A stretch of DNA of 64,000 bases from Octopus bimaculoides (taxonomy: Eukaryota), in the NCBI RefSeq assembly GCF_001194135.2, contig NC_068981.1:3977334-4041333 (forward strand). Direction: 5' to 3'. Every line of letters starts with the position of its first letter. The stretch's first letter is position 1. The translations under genes and the position numbers were made by a program. Shown one piece after another: positions 1 through 11,479 of this stretch. Below the pieces are notes generated by a model. The model saw only the letters and a list, made by a program, of their open reading frames with translations. It did no database searches and was not told where the DNA came from.

Positions 1-1081
1 ACCATACCCACCTACAGCTACCCCAGTTCCTCTCACCATCAATTGCTATCTCTAACTATCTCCCCTCACACTTATGAAACATCCCCTATGTCCCCCACTG
101 GCCCTTTCTCTCTCTCTCACTCACTCTGACTTGTCCTTATCTTCTCTTTAACTCTCTTCCTTTAGTCGAGCAAATCGACCCCAGGACTTATTCTTTTGTA
201 AGCCTAGTACTTATACTATCGGTCTCTTTTGCCGAACCGCTAAGTTACGGGGACGTAAACACAACATTTATGCCACCTGACTGGCTCCCAATGCTGGTGG
301 TACATAAAAAGCACAATCCAAACGTGGTCAAAACTTCACTTGTAGATGAACTGCTGACTCATAAGCGTGTCACTGCTCACTTGAATATTTGGTAAGCCTG
401 ATGAGTTGAGAGTTACATAACATATTTTTATGGATGTTGCACATATTTGCATACCTGGCTGCACCGCGTTTACATCACAATAAAGACCCTTAATGACACA
501 ATTGTAGCAGTATCAGACAACCCATTCATTTGTTTTTATTATGCTTCTGTAGGCGCAGTTATCTCCCCTGTTGTGGCTGCCTAAATTAGCTGGCGACTAG
601 AGGGCGCACACAGTGCTAAGGTTCAGACACTAAGCCCTTGCACTCCCTCTTTCTTGTCATGATGCCAGACTGTATAGACGTGACCTAGCTGGCTCTCACA
701 TAAACACAGACAGCTAGCAGACATATAATAGCATTGGTTCGACAGTTGCAATAAACAGCTTAATTTTAGTTTGCCTGGGCAATTTGGAATTCCAGACCTT
801 CTTCAGTTTGTGACAAGCTGCCCTGCCAAAAGTTAGCGAGAAGATCAGGCAAAGATGGTTGCAACTATCTGGTCACTGTATGTGCCACCCTGAACTGGAA
901 GTATCCAAATTAGTCTTGTGGAACTCACTTTATGGTGATGTAAGAAGAAGAAATAGTCATCATTTATCGACAACTTGATTGCAGACACTGGCTTGGAATG
1001 AATCCAAGACCTCAAGGCATGGATGATGGGCTGAGAAGTGTGACGGGTGGACTTTGTTGTGGCCTGCGTTGCAACCTGGCC

Positions 1082-1133
<52 letters not shown>
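1082..1133. repeat. (AAT)n microsatellite
   Basis: Direct reading. Confidence 0.98.
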
Positions 1134-1135
<2 letters not shown>

Positions 1136-1689
1136 GCCCGGATGCAGTACCAGGCAGTGGCTCCCATGGCTTCTGATCTTAATTGATTGGAAGTGTTATC
1201 ATGTACATTGTTCTGTCTTGGTATAAAAGATGGCCTACAGCAAATATTCTGCTCAATACCACAGATTCGCTTGTCAGTTGTTTGACCCTAACAAGTTGAG
1301 CATGTCCCTTGGTGGTTGACGATATGTGCATTTCTGATCATGAGCAGAAGTAGTGGGGGAGCATCATAGCCATGTGTTAAGAGGAATTCTTTGGGGTTTG
1401 AATAATTCACCTTTGGAAACATGGGTGTTTTGCTCAACATCCTTAAACAAATATTTTTCGGAGACCTTTTGAGTGGTGTGGGCTAATCGACCTGAAGAAA
1501 ATTCTAACTGGGCCCCACCTGCGAGGTCATGCACTGTTTATCTTGATGTGAGATCACCATGTCACGCACATATGGTTGTGATGCATGTGCTTGGTGTACC
1601 CTTATCAGATGGGTAGTCATGATGGGTATACTGGGCTTCGTATATTTTACCCCAATGTCACTTTGATGGCATGCACTGCTCTCTCACTC

Positions 1690-1711
1690 AATAATAATAA
1701 TAATAATAATA

Positions 1712-1743
<32 letters not shown>
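1690..1743. repeat. Compound (AAT)n(GAT)n microsatellite
   Basis: Direct reading. Confidence 0.98.
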
Positions 1744-1744
<1 letters not shown>

Positions 1745-1746
1745 AT

Positions 1747-2165
1747 GATTTCATTTATTTGCCGCAAGGGCGAAGGATGAGGGGGACAATCCGAAGAGAC
1801 ATAAAGTGTGGGGGTTTCCATATAATAATGAAATGAAAGAAGGAAAGAAAGTATACACCAAAAAAGAAGGGACATATGCATAGCTACATAGGTAAAAAAA
1901 AAATGGTAGGGAGGATGATAGAGATGTGGCCCTTCTGACACAGGAACACCTCTGGGGATAATCGAGGAACCCCAATGTCCGAGATTTCCCTGAAACCCTA
2001 GGAGCAAGTGCCCTCTCCAATTCCTTCTCTCCAACTCACAGGTCTACACTTAGAGACGTACCATCCACTCTTGCCATTTTCGCAACTTTCATCCACCTTT
2101 CAATAAACTCACTCGAGGACAGCACTTTCCTCTCCACTCTCAATTTCCTTTGCAAGTGAAACTTG
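1747..2165 (-). mobile_element. L1/Tx1-like LINE 3' end
   Basis: 2164-2036 reads KFHLQRKLRVERKVLSSSEFIERWMKVAKMARVDGTSLSVDL*, followed by a 3'UTR-like segment and a simple-repeat tail. Confidence 0.55.
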
Positions 2166-2454
2166 AAGAAGTCAATAATAATAATAATAATGATAAGTCT
2201 TTTATTGTCCACAAGGGCTAATATAAATCAAAGCATTAAAGGACATCACAAGACGATAGACAAAGGGTTTTGGAAAAAAGAAAGACATCCATGTAAACAT
2301 TTGATAACAATAAAAAAACAATGTAACAAGTAAAAATCCCCCAATAGGGGGGGGGGCGCTTTAAAGGTTACTTGTGGGAAAACCCATAGAGCCATGGGTG
2401 CCTGACCAACTGCAGCCAACTGGACCGAATGATGCAGAAACTTACTAAAAACAG

Positions 2455-2779
2455 CTTAGATTAGTCAACAGATTCATTCCTATTTTATTGCAAGACAATG
2501 CCAGACCACACATCACAAAAATGACAATGGTGAAACTACTGGAGTTGGAGTTGAAAGTTCTCCCTCATCTGATGTTGTCTCCACTGACTACTACTACTAC
2601 TTCCAGAATTTGGATAACTTTTTGATAGGAAAAAATTTAATTCCGATGATGCTGTAAAACAGGTCTTCCAAGATTTTATTGACTCCAGATTGCCAGGCTT
2701 CTACAGTTCTCGGCTGGACAAGCTGCTGCTGAAATGGCAAAAGTGTATTGACAATATGGGTGCATGCTTTGATGAATAA
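2455..2779 (+). pseudogene. Mariner transposase C-terminal fragment
   Basis: Hand translation ILLQDNARPH...STDY...FQNLDNFL.GK...LLLKWQKCIDNMGACFDE*, with frameshifts. Confidence 0.8.
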
Positions 2780-2809
2780 AACTATTCCTTGTATTCAGAA
2801 AGCATTAGC

Positions 2810-3155
2810 AAAGTATTGTTTTCAATTGCGTTTGTTAGTTTGTTTGTTTGTCCATAGACAAGATATCTCAAGAACTGCTGGATGGATTTGGATGAAACTT
2901 TCAGGGATGTTTGACCTCATGATTGGCATCAACTGATTAGATTTTGGGATCAATCCAGTAGCGGATTATTCTTCCTGCTTTTTTTACTTAATTTTTGAGA
3001 GCAGTCAGGCTCATTTTTAGTATTCTCATTTGTGAGAGCAGTTGAGTTGATTTCAGCAATTCACATTTTAAAAATCATCTCTGTCTAATCGTTGAGAGGA
3101 CATTGGTGTTGCCTTGGCAGAGATTTGCGCTCTCTGAGTGCTCTTATTCTTATTT
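2810..3155 (+). mobile_element. Non-autonomous interspersed DNA element (second copy 31505-31720)
   Basis: Shared text ttaatttttgagagc.gtc.gg.tcatttttagtattc...ggtgttgccttgg..g.tttg.gctct.tgagtgctctt in both copies. Superfamily not determinable. Confidence 0.6.
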
Positions 3156-3622
3156 TTCGGTAGTGGGTGACAAAACTTTAGGAGCACTCTTTAGATGGCA
3201 TCTATGCTGGTGTCATATAAAAGCACCGATTATACTCTTGGAGTGATTTCACCATTTAGAAATGAGCACAAAAGAATTTGATAGAATTTAAACCGTTGCA
3301 TGTCTGCCAGGTTTCCTGATATTACTCAGAAAGGCAAAAGTTTTCTATCAATGTTATTTGTCATGTGAGAGTCATGTTTGTAATCTGTTCATATACTTAA
3401 TCCACTTAACTGATCAAGTAGTAAATATTTAGGCCAATTCTCCAGTTACAGAAAAATTCCAACCTGTCTCCTACCAGTTTTGGAGCCTCAGACAATAACC
3501 ATGTGAGGAATCTGTTTTCCTTTGACTAAACAATGATAATGAACATAAAATAACAAAGTGCGATTATCTATGAACTTGATAAGCTTAACCGATAAGTTTA
3601 TCTTACAAAAAGATTATCAAAG

Positions 3623-3631
3623 GCGCATGCG
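3623..3631 (+). promoter_or_regulatory. NRF1-like GCGCATGCG motif at the start of a CpG-rich zone, candidate promoter region
   Basis: Near-consensus match to YGCGCAYGCGC, ~5.8 kb upstream of the TMEM121-like ATG. TSS is unknown. Confidence 0.3.
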
Positions 3632-3911
3632 TGTGCGTGTGTATGATTCGGTCAGTCAAATAAGTTGTTTGATAGAATCTGCGATCCAATGTAGCGTCTT
3701 CTTTCTTTCTTTTTGGGGTGGATCGGTGGGGCGAGGTTGACTTTGCCTTTCGTCTTTTTGGATTTGATAAAATAAGTAGCCGTTTAGCACTGGGATCAAT
3801 GTAATCGATTTAGCTTCTCCCCCGAAATTGCTGGCCTTGTGCCAAAATTTGAAACCAATATTTTCATAGACATGAACTAAGTTGGGCGGGAGTATCACAA
3901 ATATTCAAAAA

Positions 3912-4133
3912 ATATTGTTGTATTTCGGGACGGTGTTTTTTTTTTGCCAAATAAACACACGCACTTTTCATTCGTTCTTCACTCGTTCATTACAGTGCAC
4001 AGATGTGTGACGAAAGATTTCTGGACAATGGACATGAGTTAGAATAAGAACAGTAATAAACGAGGGAAGAACGAATATGTAGGGCGTGTGTTTATTTGGC
4101 AAAAAAAGTAACCATCCCGAAATACAACAATAT
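3912..4133. repeat. Fold-back element, ~82-bp arms
   Basis: atattgttgtatttcggga...gccaaataaacacacgc...ttcgttcttcactcgttcattac (3912-3993) versus its reverse complement at 4053-4133. Confidence 0.85.
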
Positions 4134-4264
4134 CTGTTTCAGCACACGGTTTCGCAACAGGAATCTTACAACACAAATTCATTAAAAAAAAAAGTAAGCA
4201 TTTTAATATTTTTGTACAAAATGCAACGAAATAATATTTCAAAATATAAATATCTTGCTATTAT

Positions 4265-4453
4265 TTAAATACAGAGGTCCCTTAACGGTACTACTTAAAT
4301 ACAGGTGTTACATACAAAGCATTTTAAATGTGCGCTGTGTAGGCCTTAACCCTAACCAACCCTAAAACTGGCCCTAACCTTAACCCGAAAAACTAACCCT
4401 CCCCTTCATATCGTTACATAGATGCATCGGGACGTCTGTATTTAAGTAGTGCC
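4265..4453. repeat. Short-TIR element with internal telomere-like CCCTAA units
   Basis: ttaaatacagaggtccc / gggacgtctgtatttaa termini; degenerate cc(c)taa units at 4344-4400. Confidence 0.6.
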
Positions 4454-6930
4454 AATATTTCAAGCATTTTCTTTAGTTCTTTTCAGACTTCTGTTAGTTT
4501 TGATGTTTCTACACTTTATTTTATTAATCTGTGCACTTTGCTGTCTTGATTTAGAATAAGTGCAATTTGCTCCTTTGTTTTTGGGGTGTGTGCAGCTTCC
4601 TGTCTGTTTTTAGGCTCTGTGCAGTTTGTTATTTTGTTTAGAGGTTTATCCCCCTCCCTTTTTTTTAAAGACAAATTCTGTTTTATGGTTGTTTTTATGG
4701 TGTGTTGTGTACTTACAACGTTCGTAATTCTTGTCTGTATAAACCCGTATGATCGATTACACATCGAATTCTTTTGTTACCTAGCAATTCCGGGTAAAAC
4801 ATAAGTCTTCACAGAACATTCGAGTCTATAACCAAATTTGAACAAGCCCTGCTTCCTCCGATTCTAATGTAGTTCTTTCTCGACTCCACCCATCAAAGCT
4901 CGTATTTGCCTTTCATGATTTCCTCCTACAAGTTTTGCTATTAATCAAAAACTGCCAATACCAGCCATTGACTGCGTGTGTTACAAATACACTGAATGTT
5001 TTATATAAAACACCTCGCCACTCAACTACCATTGTTTATATTGTAAAGAGGTACGTAGTCCTTAATATTCGTTAAAATACTTCATTGTTCCACTACCATA
5101 AACGTAGTAACTTGTCCTTTTGTTATAAACATGAACAACTGACGTAGTTTAATCTTAGGTAAATATACTTGCTCATTTCATTTACAAACTGAAAACAACA
5201 TAATTGCTTTAAAATGAACAGCTTAAACTCTCTCCATCGCGCTTAGAACTTACACCAGTCTCATGAGGTGGATCTAATTAGTAATTTAACCGGGAAAGGG
5301 CACGAAATCGGCGATAAAAAAGTAAAAGATAATATTTTTTGGACAGGAAATTCCTTCGTCATAAAGTAGTGACAGATATTCTGAAAGTCTGCCGATCACA
5401 GTTTGGAGACAGATACTATGATAAAAATATACCAAACTTAATTAGCATCCTTTGCTTAATTACAAGTTTCATATATATTAAGATGGAATTTGTCAATCGG
5501 ACAGTTTACAAATAGCTATTTCGAAACTGGAACCCCGACACGACCCGTTACACATTAATTAACTAAACATTCATTTATAAACAATTAATTATAGCAGAAA
5601 TGAACAATTAAAGTGCGATATAAAAGGGGTTAACTGGTCCACAAATCGGGGGTTTCTTTAATTAGTTATAACAGAATCCACAAACCAAAGTTAGTTTGCC
5701 AGGCGAAAGTTGAGTTCTTAATTTTATATTTTAATTTTTCGAATTTTTTAAAATCACAGTTTAAAATACGGACAGTCCGATTTTCCTGCCTAAATCCTAG
5801 CAATAAGGAGAAAGATATTGAAAAACATCGATGTCACAGTGACAAACGAGGACGATATGAGGAGGTAGTGAGACGTGCTAAAAATAACAGCTAAATACCC
5901 CTTAAATCAGCAATTTGTTTTTGCATACTCGTATGAGTTCCTGTGTGTAGAATACAAATTCGCAAAAATTAAAAGAATTACGAGGGATTATATACCGTGC
6001 GTAAGATATTACCAGAGAATTGTGTATGTGATGTGGACTTAAAATTATTTGTTTGCACGAAACATGAAAATTGTAACTAAAAAATATAATTATTTGTGAA
6101 TTTCTTTGCATCTTGTGGTGTATCTCACAAGTGAATGGTTAGTGGAGTCATGTAAGCAGTGTTGTTGGTGCGATGGTTTTAGAAAATCGTGACATAATGA
6201 CGAGATGTAAATCTAGTGCGAGACGAAAGATGTGTGAGTAAATTGTATAATAGCTTCCTCATTTACAACTGTAACCTTTGAAATGGTGATGCTCTGCTCC
6301 TTGCTTTATATTTATTCAACAAAGGTTTGTCAACCAAAGCCTTTTTTTTAAGGCATAAAAGACATAGTTTCGATAGACGAATTTATGCCATTCAGGCAAT
6401 TTAAATTTTATTTTTTCAGTGCAGTCTTGAATGTGAGATGTCTGTAGTGGATGTTCAATCTCTGATACATAAAAAAATATTCACTGTGTACTTCTAAACA
6501 TCGGATTGGCAAAATAGTCCATGTCGACTCTTGCCAGGTCTATGTGGCTATCCCTTAAGGGGGTCATTTAACACCTGAAATGATTTTGAGCATTAAGGGT
6601 ACTGAATTATAAGCGAAGTGAAACTAAAAACCCGCGGTAATTTCAGGCTAAAAACTCACCGCTTTTCTGCTAAATATAGAAGCAGCGATTAATATTACTA
6701 CATATTTCGTATTCGGACTATATTACCAATTTGACTGAATTTTTATAGGTCTTTATTGATTTCGTTAAGTATTTTCATGTCTTTAAACTTATGAAAAAGT
6801 AATGACAGAAAAAAAAATATTGCTTTTAAAACGAGAAATTTTTAGTGAACTATACTTTTAAAATATGGAAATGTACTTGCATAGCAAGTGACTTGATCTG
6901 AGATCGTGTTCTGAAACAAAAACAATTTCA

Positions 6931-7167
6931 GTGTTTATAAGCCATTAAAAAAACACAAAGAACCGTTAGATTCACTTCAACATTTAAATTTAGTTTTGTG
7001 CCAAAATATTTTTGTCGCTTTGAAAATTTCACTGATGCAGCACGAAATTTTGTCAATGAACAAGTCGCGGTTTCAAAGCGACGAAATTATTTTGACACAA
7101 ATTAAATTTAAATGTTGAAGTGAATTTAAAGATTCTTCGCGTGTTTTTTTTAATGGCTTATAAACAC
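6931..7167. repeat. Fold-back element, ~95-bp arms
   Basis: gtgtttataagccattaaaaaaacac...gtcgctttgaaa versus tttcaaagcgac...gtgttttttttaatggcttataaacac. Confidence 0.85.
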
Positions 7168-7231
7168 CCTTCCACGTTGCAATTACATTTAAATTTTATT
7201 TCAGAAATTTATACGATGCATGTGTCTGTGT

Positions 7232-7560
7232 GTGGAGACGCAATGGCCCAGTGGTTAGGGAAGCGGACTCGCAGTTATGGGATCGCGGTTTCGATTCCCA
7301 GACCAAGCGTTATGAGTGTTTATTGAGTGAAAACACCTAAATTTCCACGATGCTTTGAAAGTAGGTGGTGGTGAACCCTGCTGTACTCATTCACCACAAC
7401 TTTCTCTCACTCTTTCTTCCTGTTTCTTTTGTACCTGTATTTCAAAGGGTCAGCCGAAGGGGGTCTCCTCCGGTGGGGGTGGGTGGAGGCATCATTTGAA
7501 AGTTAAAAAACAATGCAAAGCGCATTGTGACCAGTGATGTATAACAATATCCTATAGTCT
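7232..7560 (+). mobile_element. tRNA-derived SINE, family R
   Basis: A-box TGGCCCAGTGG and B-box GGTTTCGATTCC. The body recurs at 20385-20745. Related copies at 7865-8082(-), 11235, 39115, 54085 and 61040. Confidence 0.75.
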
Positions 7561-7816
7561 GGTCAATCATGTGAAACTGAGATGGATGGATGAATGGACC
7601 AGTGGATGCATGTATGTGTGCCTGTATATTAAAAATGCGGGTGTGTATAGAGCCATGTATGTGACATTAAGTGAGAGTTTATATAAAACTGAAACTGAAA
7701 GTTAAATTTCCTTGTAAATGTTTACATCCTGATGAATATCTCCAAGCTGACATTTATGCAGGAAACAATGGTGGTGCTGCTACTGTTTACTTCTCATTCA
7801 GAGATTTATTATTGCT

Positions 7817-7851
<35 letters not shown>

Positions 7852-8724
7852 GTGTGTGTGTTGTTGTTGTTGGCACTCCGTCGCTTATGACGTCGTGGGT
7901 TCCAGTTGATCTGATCAACAGAACAGCTTGCTCGTGAAATTAACGTGCAAGTGGCTGAGCACTCCACAGACACATGTACCCTTAATGTAGTTCTCGGGGA
8001 TATTCAGCGTGACACAGTGTGACAAGGCTGACCCTTTGAATTACAGGCACAACAGAAACAGGAAGTAAGAGCGAGAGAAAGTNNNNNNNNNNNNNNNNNN
8101 NNNNNNNNNNNNNNNNNNNNNNNNNNNNNNNNNNNNNNNNNNNNNNNNNNNNNNNNNNNNNNNNNNNNNNNNNNNNNNNNNNNNNNNNNNNNNNNNNNNN
8201 NNNNNNNNNNNNNNNNNNNNNNNNNNNNNNNNNNNNNNNNNNNNNNNNNNNNNNNNNNNNNNNNNNNNNNNNNNNNNNNNNNNNNNNNNNNNNNNNNNNN
8301 NNNNNNNNNNNNNNNNNNNNNNNNNNNNNNNNNNNNNNNNNNNNNNNNNNNNNNNNNNNNNNNNNNNNNNNNNNNNNNNNNNNNNNNNNNNNNNNNNNNN
8401 NNNNNNNNNNNNNNNNNNNNNNNNNNNNNNNNNNNNNNNNNNNNGTGTTCTATACACGGGAATTCATATGATTATGAAAAAAAAAATTTTTTTTAATTCT
8501 TACGCCCCCCCTCCCCCCAATAAATCCTAAAAGTTGTACTTTCTTTTGAATTTTTTCTTACTCAGAGTTTAGAATATGTACAGTCTGAATTTTTTAAATT
8601 GAAATCCTACTGGATTGCCTAAGAATTTTTACGTAAATTGTTGAATACTTTCACTTTCCATATACTTTCTCCAAAAGATCACCATACACACACACATAGA
8701 TAGATAGGTTTGCGTGCGTGTATG

Positions 8725-8762
<38 letters not shown>

Positions 8763-8934
8763 GGCTTTCTTATAGAAGTGATCTTCCCACTCCAAATTTT
8801 TTCCATCATAATTTTCAAAAACATGGTTACTTTTTAACAGGGAAAGGAGTTTCTGAAACTTCATCTGACCCAACTTTTTTTCCTCATAACTTTCAGGAAA
8901 ATGGATATCTGTTAATGGAAATTCAGTTTACCTA

Positions 8935-9112
8935 CACAACTGTACCCACCCTTGACTTTGTTTCCTCATAACTTCCAGAAAAAGTTTACACAACAAATTC
9001 AAATCTAACAGTAATCTACACCATCTGAAGGGTATATGTAGAAAATTTCATTAAAAGAAATTCATTTTTCTGGAGGTTATGAGGAAACCAAGTCAGTGGG
9101 GGTACAGTTGTG
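8935..9112. repeat. Inverted repeat (~48-bp arms) preceded by degenerate direct subunits
   Basis: cacaactgtaccc...tttcctcataacttccagaaaaa versus tttttctggaggttatgaggaaa...ggtacagttgtg. Confidence 0.7.
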
Positions 9113-9351
9113 GAGGCATGCCAAACTCAGAAACTTTGGGTATTCTTATCGGTTGGCCACAAAGATCACCACTTGAGCTTGCACCGTTTCAAACTAGGTT
9201 TTCTTCCTCTTATGCTTAGTGTCTTGCTGTATTCCTTTTGAATATTTAAACAAGTTTGTAGTGTTTATCCAATCATGAAACATGTTCACTATAGAAATGT
9301 ACAATATATTCATTCAATTGCTTAATTACACTTAATATCATTTGTTTTCAG

Positions 9352-9394
9352 TTTGTATTTCCTCGATTGAAAATTCAACAACACTCCTCCAAAG
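9352..9394 (+). other. Probable 5'UTR part of the ATG-containing exon (implies an upstream non-coding exon)
   Basis: Pyrimidine-rich acceptor tcatttgttttcAG ends at 9351, 43 nt before the ATG. Confidence 0.45.
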
Positions 9395-9560
9395 ATGGGT
9401 TTGTGTGAGAAACTCTTCACCATACCATTGCGTATTGTGTGTGTCATTTTGCTGATTATTCAAATGGGATTTCTAGACGTTTATTTGTCTACATACATCA
9501 ACAAACTATGGTTGATATGGATTATCGCTGACGTTGTTACAGTGGTGTTATTTATTACAG
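9395..9560 (+). CDS. TMEM121: CECR6/TMEM121-family multi-pass membrane protein, coding exon 1
   Basis: ATG at 9395, MGLCEKLFTIPLRIVCVILLIIQMGFLDVYL...IIADVVTVVLFIT. Donor ag|GTTTGT at 9561 (phase 1). LDVYL and ADV match human TMEM121 MDAYL and GDV (recalled). Symbol is family-level; orthology to TMEM121 versus TMEM121B is unresolved. Confidence 0.85.
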
Positions 9561-10277
9561 GTTTGTATTCTTCTTGTGGCTTTAAATAAACTATATTTCT
9601 TTTCATTGAAATTGCTGCGTATCTTTTTAATCCTGCTTCATATAAAAAATGTGTATTGAAGAATAATTCATGAGCGTTTTTTTTCTCAAATTTAAAAATG
9701 CATGCAGAAATACAACGCATTGGCAAAATGTTTTATGTTATTTGAAAGAATGTTTTGCTCTGCAAGAAAGCATATTTTGAATTTTGCTTTTTTTTTTTTT
9801 CAGATCGTTAAAATAGAATGTCAAGTGGACAAAACTGAGCATTTTTGACATCATTTTCTTTTCACATTTAATCAAGGTGTTAAGTCTGCCAAAGTTGGTC
9901 ATGAGATTTGTGCTGTGTATGGAGAAGGAGCAATACCTCAAAGTACTGCCTGCTGTTGGTTTTCGTGCTTCAAAGATGGGAATTTTGACCTCAAGGATGG
10001 ATCACACACTGGTCAGCCAATTGAGTTCAATGAAGAGCCATTGAATCAACTTCTTCACAAAAATCCACATCAAATGATCAGAGAATTGGTGGAGTAGATA
10101 GATTGTGATCAAAAAACTATGGTGAACCACCTTCACTCTATGGGCAACGTTCATTGAACTCAATTGATTGACTGGTGTGTGATCTGGCCTTGAGGCCAAA
10201 ATTCTCATTTTTGAAGCATGGAAACCAATGGCACAGACAGTACTATGAGGCATTGCTCTTTCTCCATACACAGCACA

Positions 10278-10511
10278 TAAGGCGGTGAGCTGGCAGAAAC
10301 GTTAGCACGCCGGGCGAAATACCTAACCGTATCTCGTCTGCCGCTACGTTCTGAGTTCGAATTCCACCGAGGTCAACTTTGCCTTTCATCCTTTCGGGGT
10401 TGATTAAATAAGTACCAGTTATGCACTGGGGTCGATATAATCGACTTAATCCGTTTGTCTGTCCTTGTTTGTCCCCTCTGTGTGTAGCCCCTTGTGGGTA
10501 GTAAAGAAATA
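10278..10511 (+). mobile_element. SINE, family C (ggcggtgagctggcagaaacg head; gcctttcatcctttcgggg CORE-like box)
   Basis: 10-bp TSD acacagcaca at 10268-10277 and 10512-10521. Further copies near 12760, 19130(-), 23505(-), 31755, 45580(-), 48075(-), 48985 and 61450. Confidence 0.85.
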
Positions 10512-10722
10512 ACACAGCACAAATCTCATGAGCAGTTTCAGTAATCTTTAACACCTTGATTAAATGCAAAAAGCAAATGGTGTCAAAAACGCTCAGTTTT
10601 GTCTGCTTGACATTCCATTTTAATAATCTGAAAATATACAAAAATCAATAAAATTTTAAAAAATCAAAGCACACTGTCTTGTAGAGCAAAAAATTCTCTT
10701 TCAAATAACATAAAACATTTTG

Positions 10723-10880
10723 GAGTAAATATTGTTTATCAACATAACATGGCAGTCCTAGTTTAGGATGAATCCTGCTGTAAACCAGGACTGCCATGTT
10801 ATGTTGGCAAATAATCTTTACTCCAAAGTACTGTTGCTGAATATCTCTCGTTGTGAGACTTAAACATAGTAATTTTCTAA
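10723..10880. mobile_element. Penelope-like inverted-repeat insertion
   Basis: Flanked by duplicated ataaaacattttg. Internal IR caacataacatggcagtcct / aggactgccatgttatgttg. Same family at 53689-54030 and 62560-62771. Confidence 0.65.
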
Positions 10881-10960
10881 TAAAACATTTTGTCAATGCA
10901 TTTTATTTCTGTGGGCATTTTTAAATTTGAAAAAAAAATGCTCTTCAATTATTCCTAATA

Positions 10961-11210
10961 TTGGGTTGGTGCATAATTATTACAGCTTTTTTCCAAGAAA
11001 TTTTATTCAACAAAAACAATAACAATATTTAACAAAACATCTTTAAATGATGGTCTGACCGTCTGCCAAGCAAATGGGAAGCAGTTATTGAAGAAGATGG
11101 TGAATATGTCCCAGAATAATCATTGAAAGATGTTTTTGTTATATGTTGTTATTGTTTTTGTTGAATAAAACTTGTTGAAAAAAAGCCTCAATAATTATGC
11201 ATCAACCCAA
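10961..11210. mobile_element. Mariner-derived MITE
   Basis: TA-flanked TIR ttgggttggtgcataattatt / aataattatgcatcaacccaa with ~100-bp imperfect arms. The centre resembles a mariner C-terminus (LPSKWEAVIEEDGEY). Confidence 0.8.
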
Positions 11211-11479
11211 TATATATATGGATCCATGTGTGATGATACATAGCTTAGTGGGTAGGGTATTTGACTTATGATCATGTGATCATAAGTTAATACCTGGCAG
11301 AGCATTGTATCCTTAAGCAAGACACTTATTTCATGTTACTCCAGTCCACTCAGCTGGCAAAAATGAGTAGCACCTGTATTTCAAAGGGTCAGCCTTGTCA
11401 CATTCTGTGTGCCATGCTGAATCTTCCTAAGAACTATATTAAGGGTACACATGTCTTTAGAGCGCTCGGCCATTTGCAC

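Larger units (their letters stand above)
9656..10958. mobile_element. Fold-back mariner relic: two inverted 5' halves with nested insertions
   Basis: The + arm encodes the mariner N-terminus (ICAVYGEGAIPQSTACCWFSCFKDGNFDLKD...GQPIEFNEE...RELVE). The - arm repeats it (YGERAMPHSTVC). Termini are TA-flanked and mutually complementary. Confidence 0.8.

Noticed and set aside
7026-7070. Hammerhead-like ctgatgcagcacgaaattttgtc in the fold-back spacer
   Set aside because: Core reads CUGAUGC, there is no real stem II, and the apparent stem I is just a continuation of the inverted repeat.
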